From Candidatus Latescibacterota bacterium (GTDB lineage Bacteria > Latescibacterota > UBA2968 > GCA-2709665), in assembly GCA_965116875.1 (NCBI GenBank), contig OZ220733.1:3616001-3680000 (forward strand): DNA of 64,000 nt. The letters are read 5' to 3'. This document shows positions 1 to 8,832 of this stretch, piece by piece. Under the pieces are notes generated by a model, which saw only the letters and a program-made list of their open reading frames with translations, had not been told where the DNA came from and ran no database searches. Both the position numbers and the translations under genes were made by a program. Every line of letters begins with the position of its first letter. Position 1 is the first letter of the stretch.

Positions 1-208
1 GCATGGCATCCATATCCGCGAGATCGGCAAGGTGGAATTTCTGGTCCGGGATGTCGAGCACCCTCCCGTCGGGCGCCCGGTCCGAAGGATAGCGCCTGCG
101 CGCGAGTGCGTAGGTGTCGTATGCGCCGGGCGACCGGACCAGATGCTCGTATATGGCGCCGGGGATCAGTCCGTATACGCCGGTGACGAGGACTTTTCGG
201 GGCGGCAT
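1..208 (-). CDS. NAD-dependent epimerase/dehydratase family protein (N-terminal part, runs off the window)
   Basis: Hand translation gives MPPRKVLVTGVYGLIPGAIY..., a Rossmann TGxxGxI start; GGAGGT SD upstream. Absent from the ORF track because there is no stop in the window. Confidence 0.7.
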   Translation of the reverse strand, partial: MPPRKVLVTGVYGLIPGAIYEHLVRSPGAYDTYALARRRYPSDRAPDGRVLDIPDQKFHLADLADMDAM

Positions 209-556
209 GTCACCTCCATGGAGGGATGGGTTCGAGATAGGACCGGGAACGGTTGAAGTTCAGGAAGCTATTGATAAAGCGATTTATAATTAACGACTTG
301 GATACATACCTGGGGAACTCCTGACACGTCAGGTCGTCCCCGCCGTTTCGCTTCGAACGGCGAGTCAAGTTAACGCAGGGCCGTGAAATAGGAAAGAGAA
401 AAACCCACTGCTTGCCTCGCCGTCGGGTTCTGTGAAGGCAGCTGAAATCCCAGGGCTTCCGGTCATCTGACGCTCGCGAATGGCGGCCGGGCAACACGGA
501 GCGGCGCACCCGATGCCGGCGTGGAACCCGCGCGTTACGGGAGGGGTTTAATTTCG

Positions 557-584
557 TTGACACACGGCGCAGCCCGTCTATATT
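557..584 (+). promoter_or_regulatory. Putative sigma70 promoter for pyrH-like-purD-purE
   Basis: TTGACA (557-562), 16 nt, TATATT (579-584). Confidence 0.5.
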
Positions 585-780
585 TAACCTGTACGGATTG
601 CAGGGCTGCGCTTCTTTGCGGCGTTCCGTTTTCCGGACTCCCGATATCCCCGTCGGGCATCGTGTTCTGTCCCGGACACAGATTGCCGGAATCCGGCTGT
701 CGAGTCACATCCGAATCTCTTTCTCACCCGGCTTTTGCCCTTTTTCTGTTCCCAACTGTACCCCGGAGCCAATCAGAAAA

Positions 781-1515
781 ATGAGATACAGGCGGATTGT
801 GCTTAAGTTGAGCGGCGCGGCCGTGGCAGGTGACAGGGAGTTCGGTTTTGACCCGGTTGCGCTGGAGTATATTGCCGATGAAATCCTCGCCGTTCACAGG
901 CTGGGCGTTGGCGTTGGCGTTGTCATCGGCGGCGGAAACATCTTCAGAGGGATGCTTGGCGCACAGTGGGGCATCGAAGAGTCGGAGGCACACAACATCG
1001 GAATGCTCGGCACCATCGTCAACAGCCTGATGTTGCGCGGCGTGATGACGGCCAGGAGCGACGCCGAAGTACGCGTGATGACGGCGATTCCCATCAACGC
1101 GGTTGCCGAACCCTTCATCCGGCTGCGGGCCATCCATCATATCGAAAAGGGATATATCGTCATCTTCGCCGGTGGCATCGGAAATCCGTACGTCACAACG
1201 GACTATCCCGGCGTCCAGCGGGCCCTCGAAATCCGGGCCGACGCCATTCTCTTCGCAAAACACAAGACCGCCGGCGTCTATACCGACGATCCGAACAGGA
1301 GTCCGGATGCGCGATTGTATCGCAGCGTCGGATACGACACCGTGGTGCAGGAAAACCTGGGCGCGCTGGACCAGTCGGCCGTGATCCTCGCCCGGGACAA
1401 CCGGCTCCCCATCCATGTCTTCGATTTTGACAAACGCGGGACCATGCGGCGGATTCTGGAAGGCGAAGACCTGGGCACGGTGATCGCGCATGGTTCCGAA
1501 GACGAGTTGGAGTAG
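781..1515 (+). CDS. pyrH: UMP kinase family protein (divergent PyrH paralogue)
   Basis: RIVLKLSG, GGGNIFRG, GMLGT, GNPYVTTD, GVYTDDP motifs; start placed at ATG 781, where homology begins. Confidence 0.8.
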   Translation: MRYRRIVLKLSGAAVAGDREFGFDPVALEYIADEILAVHRLGVGVGVVIGGGNIFRGMLGAQWGIEESEAHNIGMLGTIVNSLMLRGVMTARSDAEVRVMTAIPINAVAEPFIRLRAIHHIEKGYIVIFAGGIGNPYVTTDYPGVQRALEIRADAILFAKHKTAGVYTDDPNRSPDARLYRSVGYDTVVQENLGALDQSAVILARDNRLPIHVFDFDKRGTMRRILEGEDLGTVIAHGSEDELE

Positions 1516-1544
1516 TAAGACTTCAATCCGGGAGTTCCGTACAG

Positions 1545-2825
1545 ATGAGAGTGTTGATCGTGGGAAAGGGGGGGCGCGAGCACGCGTTTGCGTGGAAGAT
1601 CTCACGGAGTCCGAGGGTGAGCCGCGTCTATGCCGCGCCGGGAAACCCGGGAATGGCCAGGCATGCCACGTGCGTGGATATCGGCGTGGACGACCTGGAC
1701 GGACTCGTGGAATTCGCACAACGGGAACGCATCGACTTAACGGTGGTGGGACCCGAGGACCCGCTTGCACTCGGTCTTGCGGACCGGTTCGAGGCGGTGG
1801 GACTTCGGGTGTTCGGACCCTCGCAAAAGGCCGCGCAGATCGAGGCCGATAAGGACTTTGCGCTTCGCCTGATGCACAGGTACGGCATTCCCACGGGCCA
1901 GTATCGGACGTTTTCGGACCCGGACGCCGCGCGGAGTTTCGTGCGGGACTGGGGCGCGCCGGTGGTATTGAAGGCATCGGGTCTGGCCGCCGGAAAGGGT
2001 GCGCTGGTGTGCCACACGTTGGATGAGGCGCTGCGGGCCGTGGACCGGGTGCTCGTGGACCGGGAGTTCGGCGCCGCGGGAGAGAAGCTGGTGCTGATGG
2101 AGTATCTCGAGGGAGAGGAGGCGTCGATTACCGGGTTTACCGATGGGGAACACGTGGCGTGCATCGTCCCCTCCCAGGACCACAAGACTGCGGGCGAGGG
2201 AGATACCGGCCCGAATACGGGCGGCATGGGCGCCTACGCGCCTGCCCCCGTTGTGACCCGGGAGATGCAGAAGGTGATTCTGGAGCGCGTGATGTTGCCC
2301 ACGGTGAAGGCGCTCGCCGCCGAGGGGCGGCCGTACAAGGGGATTCTCTATGGCGGCTTGATCATTACCGAAAGCGGACCCCGGGTTATCGAATTCAACT
2401 GCCGCCTGGGCGACCCGGAGGCGCAGGTCGTGTTGCCGCTGCTGAAGACGGACCTTGTTGACGTCATGGAGGCCGTGTCCGCGGGCGCCCTCAAGGACCT
2501 GTACGTCGAACTGGACGACAGGGCCGCGACCTGCGTGGTACTGGCTTCGGGGGGATATCCGGGGGCGTACGAAACGGGCGCTGCAATTTCGGGGCTGGAC
2601 GTGGCGGAGGCCGGAGACGACGTGCTGGTGTTTCACGCCGGTACGGCGCGGCAGAGAGATACGACGGTTACGGACGGCGGCCGTGTCCTGGGGGTCACGG
2701 CGGTCGGCGAAAATATCAGGGCTTCCGTCGATCGGGCTTACGAGGCGGCCGACAAGATTCAGTTTGAGAACGCGTATTTTCGAAGGGACATCGCACACCG
2801 CGCGCTGGCGCGTGGGGAGAACTGA
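1545..2825 (+). CDS. purD: Phosphoribosylamine-glycine ligase
   Basis: GxGGREHA, APGNPG, GLAAGKG, QDHK..GDTGPNTGGMGAY, EFNCRLGDPE, FHAGT, GGRVL. Confidence 0.97.
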   Translation: MRVLIVGKGGREHAFAWKISRSPRVSRVYAAPGNPGMARHATCVDIGVDDLDGLVEFAQRERIDLTVVGPEDPLALGLADRFEAVGLRVFGPSQKAAQIEADKDFALRLMHRYGIPTGQYRTFSDPDAARSFVRDWGAPVVLKASGLAAGKGALVCHTLDEALRAVDRVLVDREFGAAGEKLVLMEYLEGEEASITGFTDGEHVACIVPSQDHKTAGEGDTGPNTGGMGAYAPAPVVTREMQKVILERVMLPTVKALAAEGRPYKGILYGGLIITESGPRVIEFNCRLGDPEAQVVLPLLKTDLVDVMEAVSAGALKDLYVELDDRAATCVVLASGGYPGAYETGAAISGLDVAEAGDDVLVFHAGTARQRDTTVTDGGRVLGVTAVGENIRASVDRAYEAADKIQFENAYFRRDIAHRALARGEN

Positions 2826-2900
2826 CGCGATTCCGGCAGGATAGATCTGTCATCAATACCACAACAAACCGTTCAACCGTCACGAAGGAGGAAGAGGATC

Positions 2901-3347
2901 GTGGTTGGCATAATCATGGGCAGCAAATCCGATGAACCGATCATGCAGAAGGCAGTCCCCGTCCTGGAAGAGCTGGGGATCGCATACGAGATGACCGTGT
3001 CGTCCGCGCACCGGAATCCCGACCGGACGGGCGAATACGGTCGCACCGCCGAGGCGCGCGGACTGAAAGTGATTATCGCGGGGGCGGGACTGGCGGCGGC
3101 GCTTCCGGGCGTGATGGCGGCGCACACGACGCTGCCGGTTATCGGCGTGCCGATTGCCTCCGGCGCGCTGAACGGGATCGATTCGCTCTATGCGATCGTG
3201 CAGATGCCGCCCGGTGTGCCCGTGGGCTGCGTGGGGATCGACAACGCGCGAAACGCCGCCGTCCTGGCGGCGCAGATCGTCGCGCAGACCGATCCGGAGG
3301 TCAAGGCGAAGCTGGAGGCCTACAAGCAGGCCCTCGCGGCGGGATAG
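2901..3347 (+). CDS. purE: N5-carboxyaminoimidazole ribonucleotide mutase
   Basis: [38 protein letters not shown]; AAGGAGG SD. Confidence 0.96.
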   Translation: MVGIIMGSKSDEPIMQKAVPVLEELGIAYEMTVSSAHRNPDRTGEYGRTAEARGLKVIIAGAGLAAALPGVMAAHTTLPVIGVPIASGALNGIDSLYAIVQMPPGVPVGCVGIDNARNAAVLAAQIVAQTDPEVKAKLEAYKQALAAG

Positions 3348-3369
3348 GAATTGAGGGGCCGCATTGGAG

Positions 3370-3400
3370 AAAGGCGCATCCCGAAAGGGTTGCGCCTTTT
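3370..3400. terminator. Intrinsic terminator, probably bidirectional
   Basis: AAAGGCGCA-TCCC-GAAA-GGG-T-TGCGCCTTTT between the convergent purE and ybdK-like genes. Confidence 0.8.
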
Positions 3401-3426
3401 GTCATTGAGAACGACGGGGATTTGCG

Positions 3427-4554
3427 TCAGGCTGGGGGCGTGAGGCGGGAGGCGTCGGTGAGTTCCCGTACGACGGAGCGGGCATCGCCTGTTTTCTTCA
3501 GGATATCCACCTGCCTCTGCGCCCAGGTCGGGCAGGACGCCAGGTCCAGAGTCCGCTCGAGGTAGGGAACGCAATCCAGGTCCTGCGCGGCGGGCATCAG
3601 TTGATCGACGAGGCGCCGCACGAGTTCACGCGCCGGCAGGAGCTGGTAGGTGTCCGAGTCTACAAGTTGAGCGTCGAGTCCGTAGCGGGCCGCGCGCCAC
3701 TTGTTCTGCCGAATGAGCATGGGGTGGCAGTCGTGTTGGTAGATTCCGTGGTCGATGTGGTCGGACAGGTATTTGATGAGGGACTGCATCATGGCCACAA
3801 GGCCGAGTGTATCGTGGAAGCTGCCGGGAATATCGCAGATGCGGACCTCGACCGTGCCGAATCTGTTGTGGGGGCGAACGTCCCACCAGATTTCCCGTAT
3901 GGTCTCGATGTACCCTGTTTCCACGAGGTGATTCACCAGCCAGACGTATTCGCTCCAGTTTCGCATCAGCGGGGGCAGGCCGGCGGTGGGAAGGCCATCC
4001 ATGATCTTGGACCGCCACGAGCAGACGCCCGTGTCGCGTCCTTCCCAGAACGGGCTGTTGCAGCTCAGCGCCAGCAGGAGCGGCATGTATCGCAATATGA
4101 ACTCGCAGATCATCACCGCCTTGTCGCCGCTGTCCACGCCCACATGCACGTGCAGACCGAACGTAACCAGTTGGCGAGCCGTGTCCTGCAGCAGGTCGAC
4201 CAGGCCCGCGTAGCGTTTGTTGGGTGTGATTTCCTGGTCCTGCCACGTGGAAAACGGATGAGTTGCCGACCAGTATAGCCGCACGCCCTCCCGATCGGCG
4301 ATGGCCTCCAGCGCGCACAGTTTCTTTCTGAGGTCCGCCTCGACCTCCTGCAGCGTCATGCAGACATCTGAATTGATTTCCACGTAACACTGCATCAGCT
4401 CCGGCTTGATCGTTCCCTGCAGTTGCGGTGGAACGCGCTCCAGAAGCCTCTGGCTGGCGCTGCACAGCGCCATCGTTCGACTGTCCACCAGCGCCAGTTC
4501 GATCTCCACGCCAACCGTGGGTTCGCGGCTGGGGTTGAATTCCATCCGACTCAT
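3427..4554 (-). CDS. YbdK-family carboxylate-amine ligase (GCS2)
   Basis: TVGVEIEL, KPEL..VEINS, ATHPF, FGLHVHVG, LALSCNSPFWEG, WWDVRPH..FGTVEVRICD, NKWRAARYG. Confidence 0.92.
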   Translation of the reverse strand: MSRMEFNPSREPTVGVEIELALVDSRTMALCSASQRLLERVPPQLQGTIKPELMQCYVEINSDVCMTLQEVEADLRKKLCALEAIADREGVRLYWSATHPFSTWQDQEITPNKRYAGLVDLLQDTARQLVTFGLHVHVGVDSGDKAVMICEFILRYMPLLLALSCNSPFWEGRDTGVCSWRSKIMDGLPTAGLPPLMRNWSEYVWLVNHLVETGYIETIREIWWDVRPHNRFGTVEVRICDIPGSFHDTLGLVAMMQSLIKYLSDHIDHGIYQHDCHPMLIRQNKWRAARYGLDAQLVDSDTYQLLPARELVRRLVDQLMPAAQDLDCVPYLERTLDLASCPTWAQRQVDILKKTGDARSVVRELTDASRLTPPA

Positions 4555-5780
4555 CGCTTCGCCTCTTTTTCGTAAGTTTTCGGTTCCGACCAGCGCACGA
4601 CCGCTCGTGCCAGAATCTTTGCGCCAATGCCCAGCGCGCGTTCGTCAACGTCGAAATCAGGGGTATGCAGGCCCGTCGCCCTGGCCCCGGGTCGCGAGCA
4701 TCCGAGGCGAAACAGACTGCCGGGAACGCGTTTGAGATAATGGGCGAAATCGTCGCCCCCCATGCTGGGCTCTCCGATGTACTGGACCCGGTCGGCCCCG
4801 AGCAGATCGACCGCGCACTCCCGGACCAGATCGGTGAGACCGGGATCGTTCATGACCGATGGAGGTCCCGATCTGAATGTAACTTCAATTTTCGTTCCGG
4901 AAGCCCGGGCGACGCCGTCCGCTACCTCCCGCACGCGTTCAACGGCCCGGCGGCGCGCGTTTTCGTCGAGGCTGCGTACGGTGCCCTTCAGCACCGCGCG
5001 ATCGGGAATTGCATTGTACCGTTTTCCGGCTGTTATGGAACCAACCGTCAGGACAACGGTATGCCGCGGGTCCAGCGACCTCGGCACGGCCACGTACAGT
5101 CCATTGATCAACTGGGCCGCGGCGGCAATGGGGTCTCTTGACTCGTAGGGGCGGGCAGCGTGACCGCCGCTGCCCCGGACGAGGACGTGCATCTCGTCGC
5201 AATGGGCGGTGAGGACGCCCGAGCGATGCCCAATGGTTCCAGCCGGCCTCGAGGGATCCACATGCAGCGCCAGCATCGCGCCGACGCCCTCGAGTGCGCC
5301 GGCCTCGATCATTTCCAGGGCGCCCTGGTTCGTCTCTTCCGCGGGCTGAAAGATAGCCCGCCAGATAACGGGCCAGGGCAGATTCCCGGACGTACGTGCG
5401 GCGTCGAGCGCCAGCGCGGCCCCAAGGACAACTGCCGCATGGGCGTCGTGGCCGCAGGCGTGCATCACGCCGCTCACGCGGCTGCGATAGGCTACGGATT
5501 TGGCGTCCTGGATGGGCAGCGCGTCCAGGTCGGCCCTCATGGCGATTCCGGGCCCGGACCCGTTTCCTGCAGATTCGGCGATCACCCCCCGGGCTGTGGG
5601 TCCGGTGCGGACCTTTACACCGTCCGACGCCAACTGTTCTTCCAGGTACCGCGTGGTCCCCGTTTCCTCGCCGCTTATCTCGGGATGGGTATGGAGATGC
5701 CGCCTGGCCTGCACCATACGGTCCTGAAACGCATCGACGGTCTTGTCGAGTTGCCGGGGCCATTCATTTCGATCTGGCAT
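4551..5780 (-). CDS. M20D family amidohydrolase
   Basis: RRHLHTHPE, RADLDALP, MHACGHDAH, FQPAEE, GGHAARP, SMGGDDF, LHTPDF; alternative start 5795; overlaps the ligase start by 4 nt. Confidence 0.92.
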   Translation of the reverse strand: MPDRNEWPRQLDKTVDAFQDRMVQARRHLHTHPEISGEETGTTRYLEEQLASDGVKVRTGPTARGVIAESAGNGSGPGIAMRADLDALPIQDAKSVAYRSRVSGVMHACGHDAHAAVVLGAALALDAARTSGNLPWPVIWRAIFQPAEETNQGALEMIEAGALEGVGAMLALHVDPSRPAGTIGHRSGVLTAHCDEMHVLVRGSGGHAARPYESRDPIAAAAQLINGLYVAVPRSLDPRHTVVLTVGSITAGKRYNAIPDRAVLKGTVRSLDENARRRAVERVREVADGVARASGTKIEVTFRSGPPSVMNDPGLTDLVRECAVDLLGADRVQYIGEPSMGGDDFAHYLKRVPGSLFRLGCSRPGARATGLHTPDFDVDERALGIGAKILARAVVRWSEPKTYEKEAKR

Positions 5781-5969
5781 TGACGACGTGTTCATTCGGG
5801 AAGCGTGCGTTCGATATGGTTTGTACCGATGTGACCGTGTATTGAAAGAAACGCACCGGAACCGGATGATTCACCATACTGCGAATCGGTCGGTTCGGTG
5901 CGTCTGTCATTCGAACGGATTTACGGGAAGACACCCGATCGCGTCCGGACGGATCGGTGGATTCCCCAA

Positions 5970-7910
5970 TTAACCCGCGACCTCTTTGGCGATGGCGACG
6001 CATTTGGCGGCAAAGCCGTCGTAGGCGGCGCGGAACTCGGCGCTGGTTTTCTGCACGGAGCCGAAACCGGGCCAGTCGCCGGGTTCCAGGCCCCGGGTCT
6101 GCCAGCCGGAAACGTCAATGCCAACGACGTTCAGGAGGAAGTCTTTGAGGGACGGCGTGAGGTCGTAGCCGCGGCAGAAGTCCGGAAGTTCGCGAAGGCG
6201 CTGATCCACGCCTGGTTCGTACGTATCCAGCACCGCGTCCCTGAAGTCTTCGAGGTTGAACCCCTCCGCTTCAGAAGCTTCCTGAACGGCTCTCGCGTGA
6301 TTCGGGAATTCGGTATTGCACATATTGGACGCGCCCAGCGTGTGGAAGGAGTCTTCGGGAATGCGCTTGGAGGCCGGAAGTACATCCATTGAATCCACGA
6401 TCCACCGCGCCTGGCCGTCCGTGAGGCCGTACGTCTTTCGAAGATAGTCGGCCCACTTCGGTCTGTTTTCCTGACTGAAGAAGACCCGGTAGACGCGTCG
6501 CGCCACCAGCGTGCCCGCTTTCTTGAGGTCTTCTTCCAGAAGCCGGATGGCGTCAGCGGACTGGCCTGCGGATTCGGCTGCGGCCAGGACGATGGGATGG
6601 TCGAGGGTTTTGAGATTTGCGTACGCGCAGACCGCCCGCGCCCGGTCGGACAGTGACCCTCCGGCCGGATCTTCCGTGCCCAGATCGGCGGCCAGGGCGC
6701 CAAGGAGTTCGCTCGCCTTGCCTTCGCCGGTTCTTGCAGCGGCGGCGAGAAAGATCTTCTCGGCTTCGACTTCACGCAGGTGGCTCACGAACCGGCCGCC
6801 CATGTTGGTTTCGTAGGTGCGCACCACCTGTTCGCCCGCCTTCGCGGCACGGGCCTTGCCCTCGAACGCGTCCAGTATCAACTGGACTTCCTGGGCCACG
6901 GTGTAGACCACGGTGTTATTGGAGCCGATCGCATTGCTGTTGAGCGTTGTGGTGATTTTGCGCGCGGCCTCGTGGCTGGCGGCGACTTTGAAGACGATGT
7001 TGGGCCTGACCCGGCCGGAAAGGTCGCCCAGACCCAGAAGGCGGTCGTATCCTTCAAGGAAATCGGCGGCCAGCCGATATGCATTCCGTGCGTCTTCGAT
7101 GCTCTCGTCGGCCTGATCGGCGATGTTGGGATTCAGCTGGAAGCTGACCATGTAGTCCTTGAGGTCCGTATGCACCGCAAGCGGCCGGAAGATGGACAGG
7201 TTGGGCCAGAGGGCGATGAGGGTGGCCGCCATGGCGATTTCATCGGCGTGCGCTTCCGGGTCTCGCTTCCACTCGTCGTGTTTTTCGATTTCGCTCGTGA
7301 GTTGTTCGGCGAGCGAACCGTCTTCGTCGAAGGCCTTGGCGGCAAGCACCGGGTTCGTTGACACCTGGCAGAATCCATAGTGGCGCAGGTATTCGAGGCC
7401 ACGCGCATAGTCGTTGCCGAATTTACAGTAGTTGTCGCCGACCATCCTCCAGTAGACGCCGCCGCGCATCTGTTGTTTGAGCAGCGTCAGAAACGAACGG
7501 CCCGGGATTGCGTTATTCAGCTCCGCCTCGATGCGTTCGGCCAGAAGGCCCGAGAGGCTGTCGTTCAGGTTTACGGAATTCATATCGGCCAGAAATTCAG
7601 CCACCACGTCTGCCATAACGGACCCTTCGAGATCGTCGATGACGGCCAGTACCTGATCCAGCGCACGGTCGGACTCGTCCGCGTGGTATCCCACGATTTC
7701 CGCGTCCCGCCCCACGAAGTTCATGCCGAGCCGGATCAGCGTGCGGCACACCTCGGCGGCAGGGTAATCGTTGTTCTGCAGGACCGACAGGAGTTCCTCC
7801 ACGCGGGCGGACAGAGCGCCCGGCTGCGGATCGATGAGAACCTGGTCCGCCGCGGCGAGGGACTGTCCGTTTCCCATCGCTTCCGCGACGGCGGAGATGT
7901 CGATTGCCAT
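5970..7910 (-). CDS. Large transaldolase-fold protein with N-terminal extension and internal insertion
   Basis: STNP, SFQLNP, NIVFKV (Schiff-base Lys), NxTVVYTVAQ, GGRF and NT motifs occur in transaldolase order; GGGAGG SD before ATG 7910 (alternative start 7940). Confidence 0.7.
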   Translation of the reverse strand: MAIDISAVAEAMGNGQSLAAADQVLIDPQPGALSARVEELLSVLQNNDYPAAEVCRTLIRLGMNFVGRDAEIVGYHADESDRALDQVLAVIDDLEGSVMADVVAEFLADMNSVNLNDSLSGLLAERIEAELNNAIPGRSFLTLLKQQMRGGVYWRMVGDNYCKFGNDYARGLEYLRHYGFCQVSTNPVLAAKAFDEDGSLAEQLTSEIEKHDEWKRDPEAHADEIAMAATLIALWPNLSIFRPLAVHTDLKDYMVSFQLNPNIADQADESIEDARNAYRLAADFLEGYDRLLGLGDLSGRVRPNIVFKVAASHEAARKITTTLNSNAIGSNNTVVYTVAQEVQLILDAFEGKARAAKAGEQVVRTYETNMGGRFVSHLREVEAEKIFLAAAARTGEGKASELLGALAADLGTEDPAGGSLSDRARAVCAYANLKTLDHPIVLAAAESAGQSADAIRLLEEDLKKAGTLVARRVYRVFFSQENRPKWADYLRKTYGLTDGQARWIVDSMDVLPASKRIPEDSFHTLGASNMCNTEFPNHARAVQEASEAEGFNLEDFRDAVLDTYEPGVDQRLRELPDFCRGYDLTPSLKDFLLNVVGIDVSGWQTRGLEPGDWPGFGSVQKTSAEFRAAYDGFAAKCVAIAKEVAG

Positions 7911-7936
7911 TCTGGGGCCTCCCTTCACATCGTTAT

Positions 7937-8743
7937 TCATGCGATGCCCAGCACGTCTCTCATGCTGAACATCCCCCGCGGCGAGTTCACAGCAAAGCGG
8001 ATCGCCTGAATCACCCCTACGGCGTAGGAATCCCGGCTCTGGGCACGGTGTACCAGCTGAAAGACTTCGCCGGTGCCGCCGAAGATGACGGTATGCTCCC
8101 CGGCCAGGTCTCCCGCGCGGATTGCGTGGATGCCGATTTCATCGCCCGTGCGCGCGCCGACCTCACCGTGGCGTCCGTAAAGGGCCACGTCGTCGAGGTT
8201 TCGGCCCAGACCCCTGGCCGCGGCATTCGCCAGCGCGAGGGCGGTACCGCTGGGTGCGTCGGTCTTGAAGTGGTGGTGGGCCTCGACGATTTCCACGTCG
8301 TACGCGCTACCCATCATCCGTGCGGCGTCTTCCACCAGTTGGGTCAGTACGGTCACGCCAATGCTGAAGCTTGGGGCGAAGACGCAGGCGACGTCCCTGA
8401 CGGCCGTTTCGAATTCAGCAAGTTGCCGTGTCGACATGCCCGTGGTGCCCACCACCATCGGCTTGCCCGTTTTACCCGCGATACGAGCGGCGTCCAGCGT
8501 ACCGTCCGGGGGCGCCGTGAAGGCAACGACCACGTCCGCGTTTTCGATGACGGATTCCAGGTTGTCGACAACGTGGATGCCCGCGCGCTCCGTTCCCAGG
8601 AGCTCGCCGATGTCCCGCCCGATGGCCGGGTTGCCGGGCGCCTCCACGCCGCCGGCGACGTTCAGATCGCCGCTATCCATCGCCAGGTGGGCGATGCGGC
8701 CGCACATGCGACCCGCGATGCCGCAGATAACCAGGTTTGTCAT
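7937..8743 (-). CDS. dapB: 4-hydroxy-tetrahydrodipicolinate reductase
   Basis: GIAGRM, VVGTTG, EIVEAHHHFKTDAPSGTA, IRAGD..GEHTV. Confidence 0.96.
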   Translation of the reverse strand: MTNLVICGIAGRMCGRIAHLAMDSGDLNVAGGVEAPGNPAIGRDIGELLGTERAGIHVVDNLESVIENADVVVAFTAPPDGTLDAARIAGKTGKPMVVGTTGMSTRQLAEFETAVRDVACVFAPSFSIGVTVLTQLVEDAARMMGSAYDVEIVEAHHHFKTDAPSGTALALANAAARGLGRNLDDVALYGRHGEVGARTGDEIGIHAIRAGDLAGEHTVIFGGTGEVFQLVHRAQSRDSYAVGVIQAIRFAVNSPRGMFSMRDVLGIA

Positions 8744-8749
8744 GTGGAT

Positions 8750-8832
8750 TCTCCGCTGAAATTGACCTGCCTGGAGACACGCAACGGAAATGTCTGTCCG
8801 TTCTTGTCCGGATGGACTTTTTCAACGGGCTG
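8750..8832 (+). mobile_element. Degenerate short copy of MITE family A
   Basis: Right end CCGGATGGACTTTTTCAACGGGCTG is identical to the copies at 11716 and 54721; degenerate left end TCCGCTGAAA. Confidence 0.65.

Noticed and set aside
255-780. Long intergenic region with small hairpins; possible purine, ZTP or ykkC riboswitch before pyrH-purD-purE
   Set aside because: No sense-strand consensus recognised; the ykkC-like GGGCAAAAGCCGGG is on the wrong strand. An Rfam scan would be needed.
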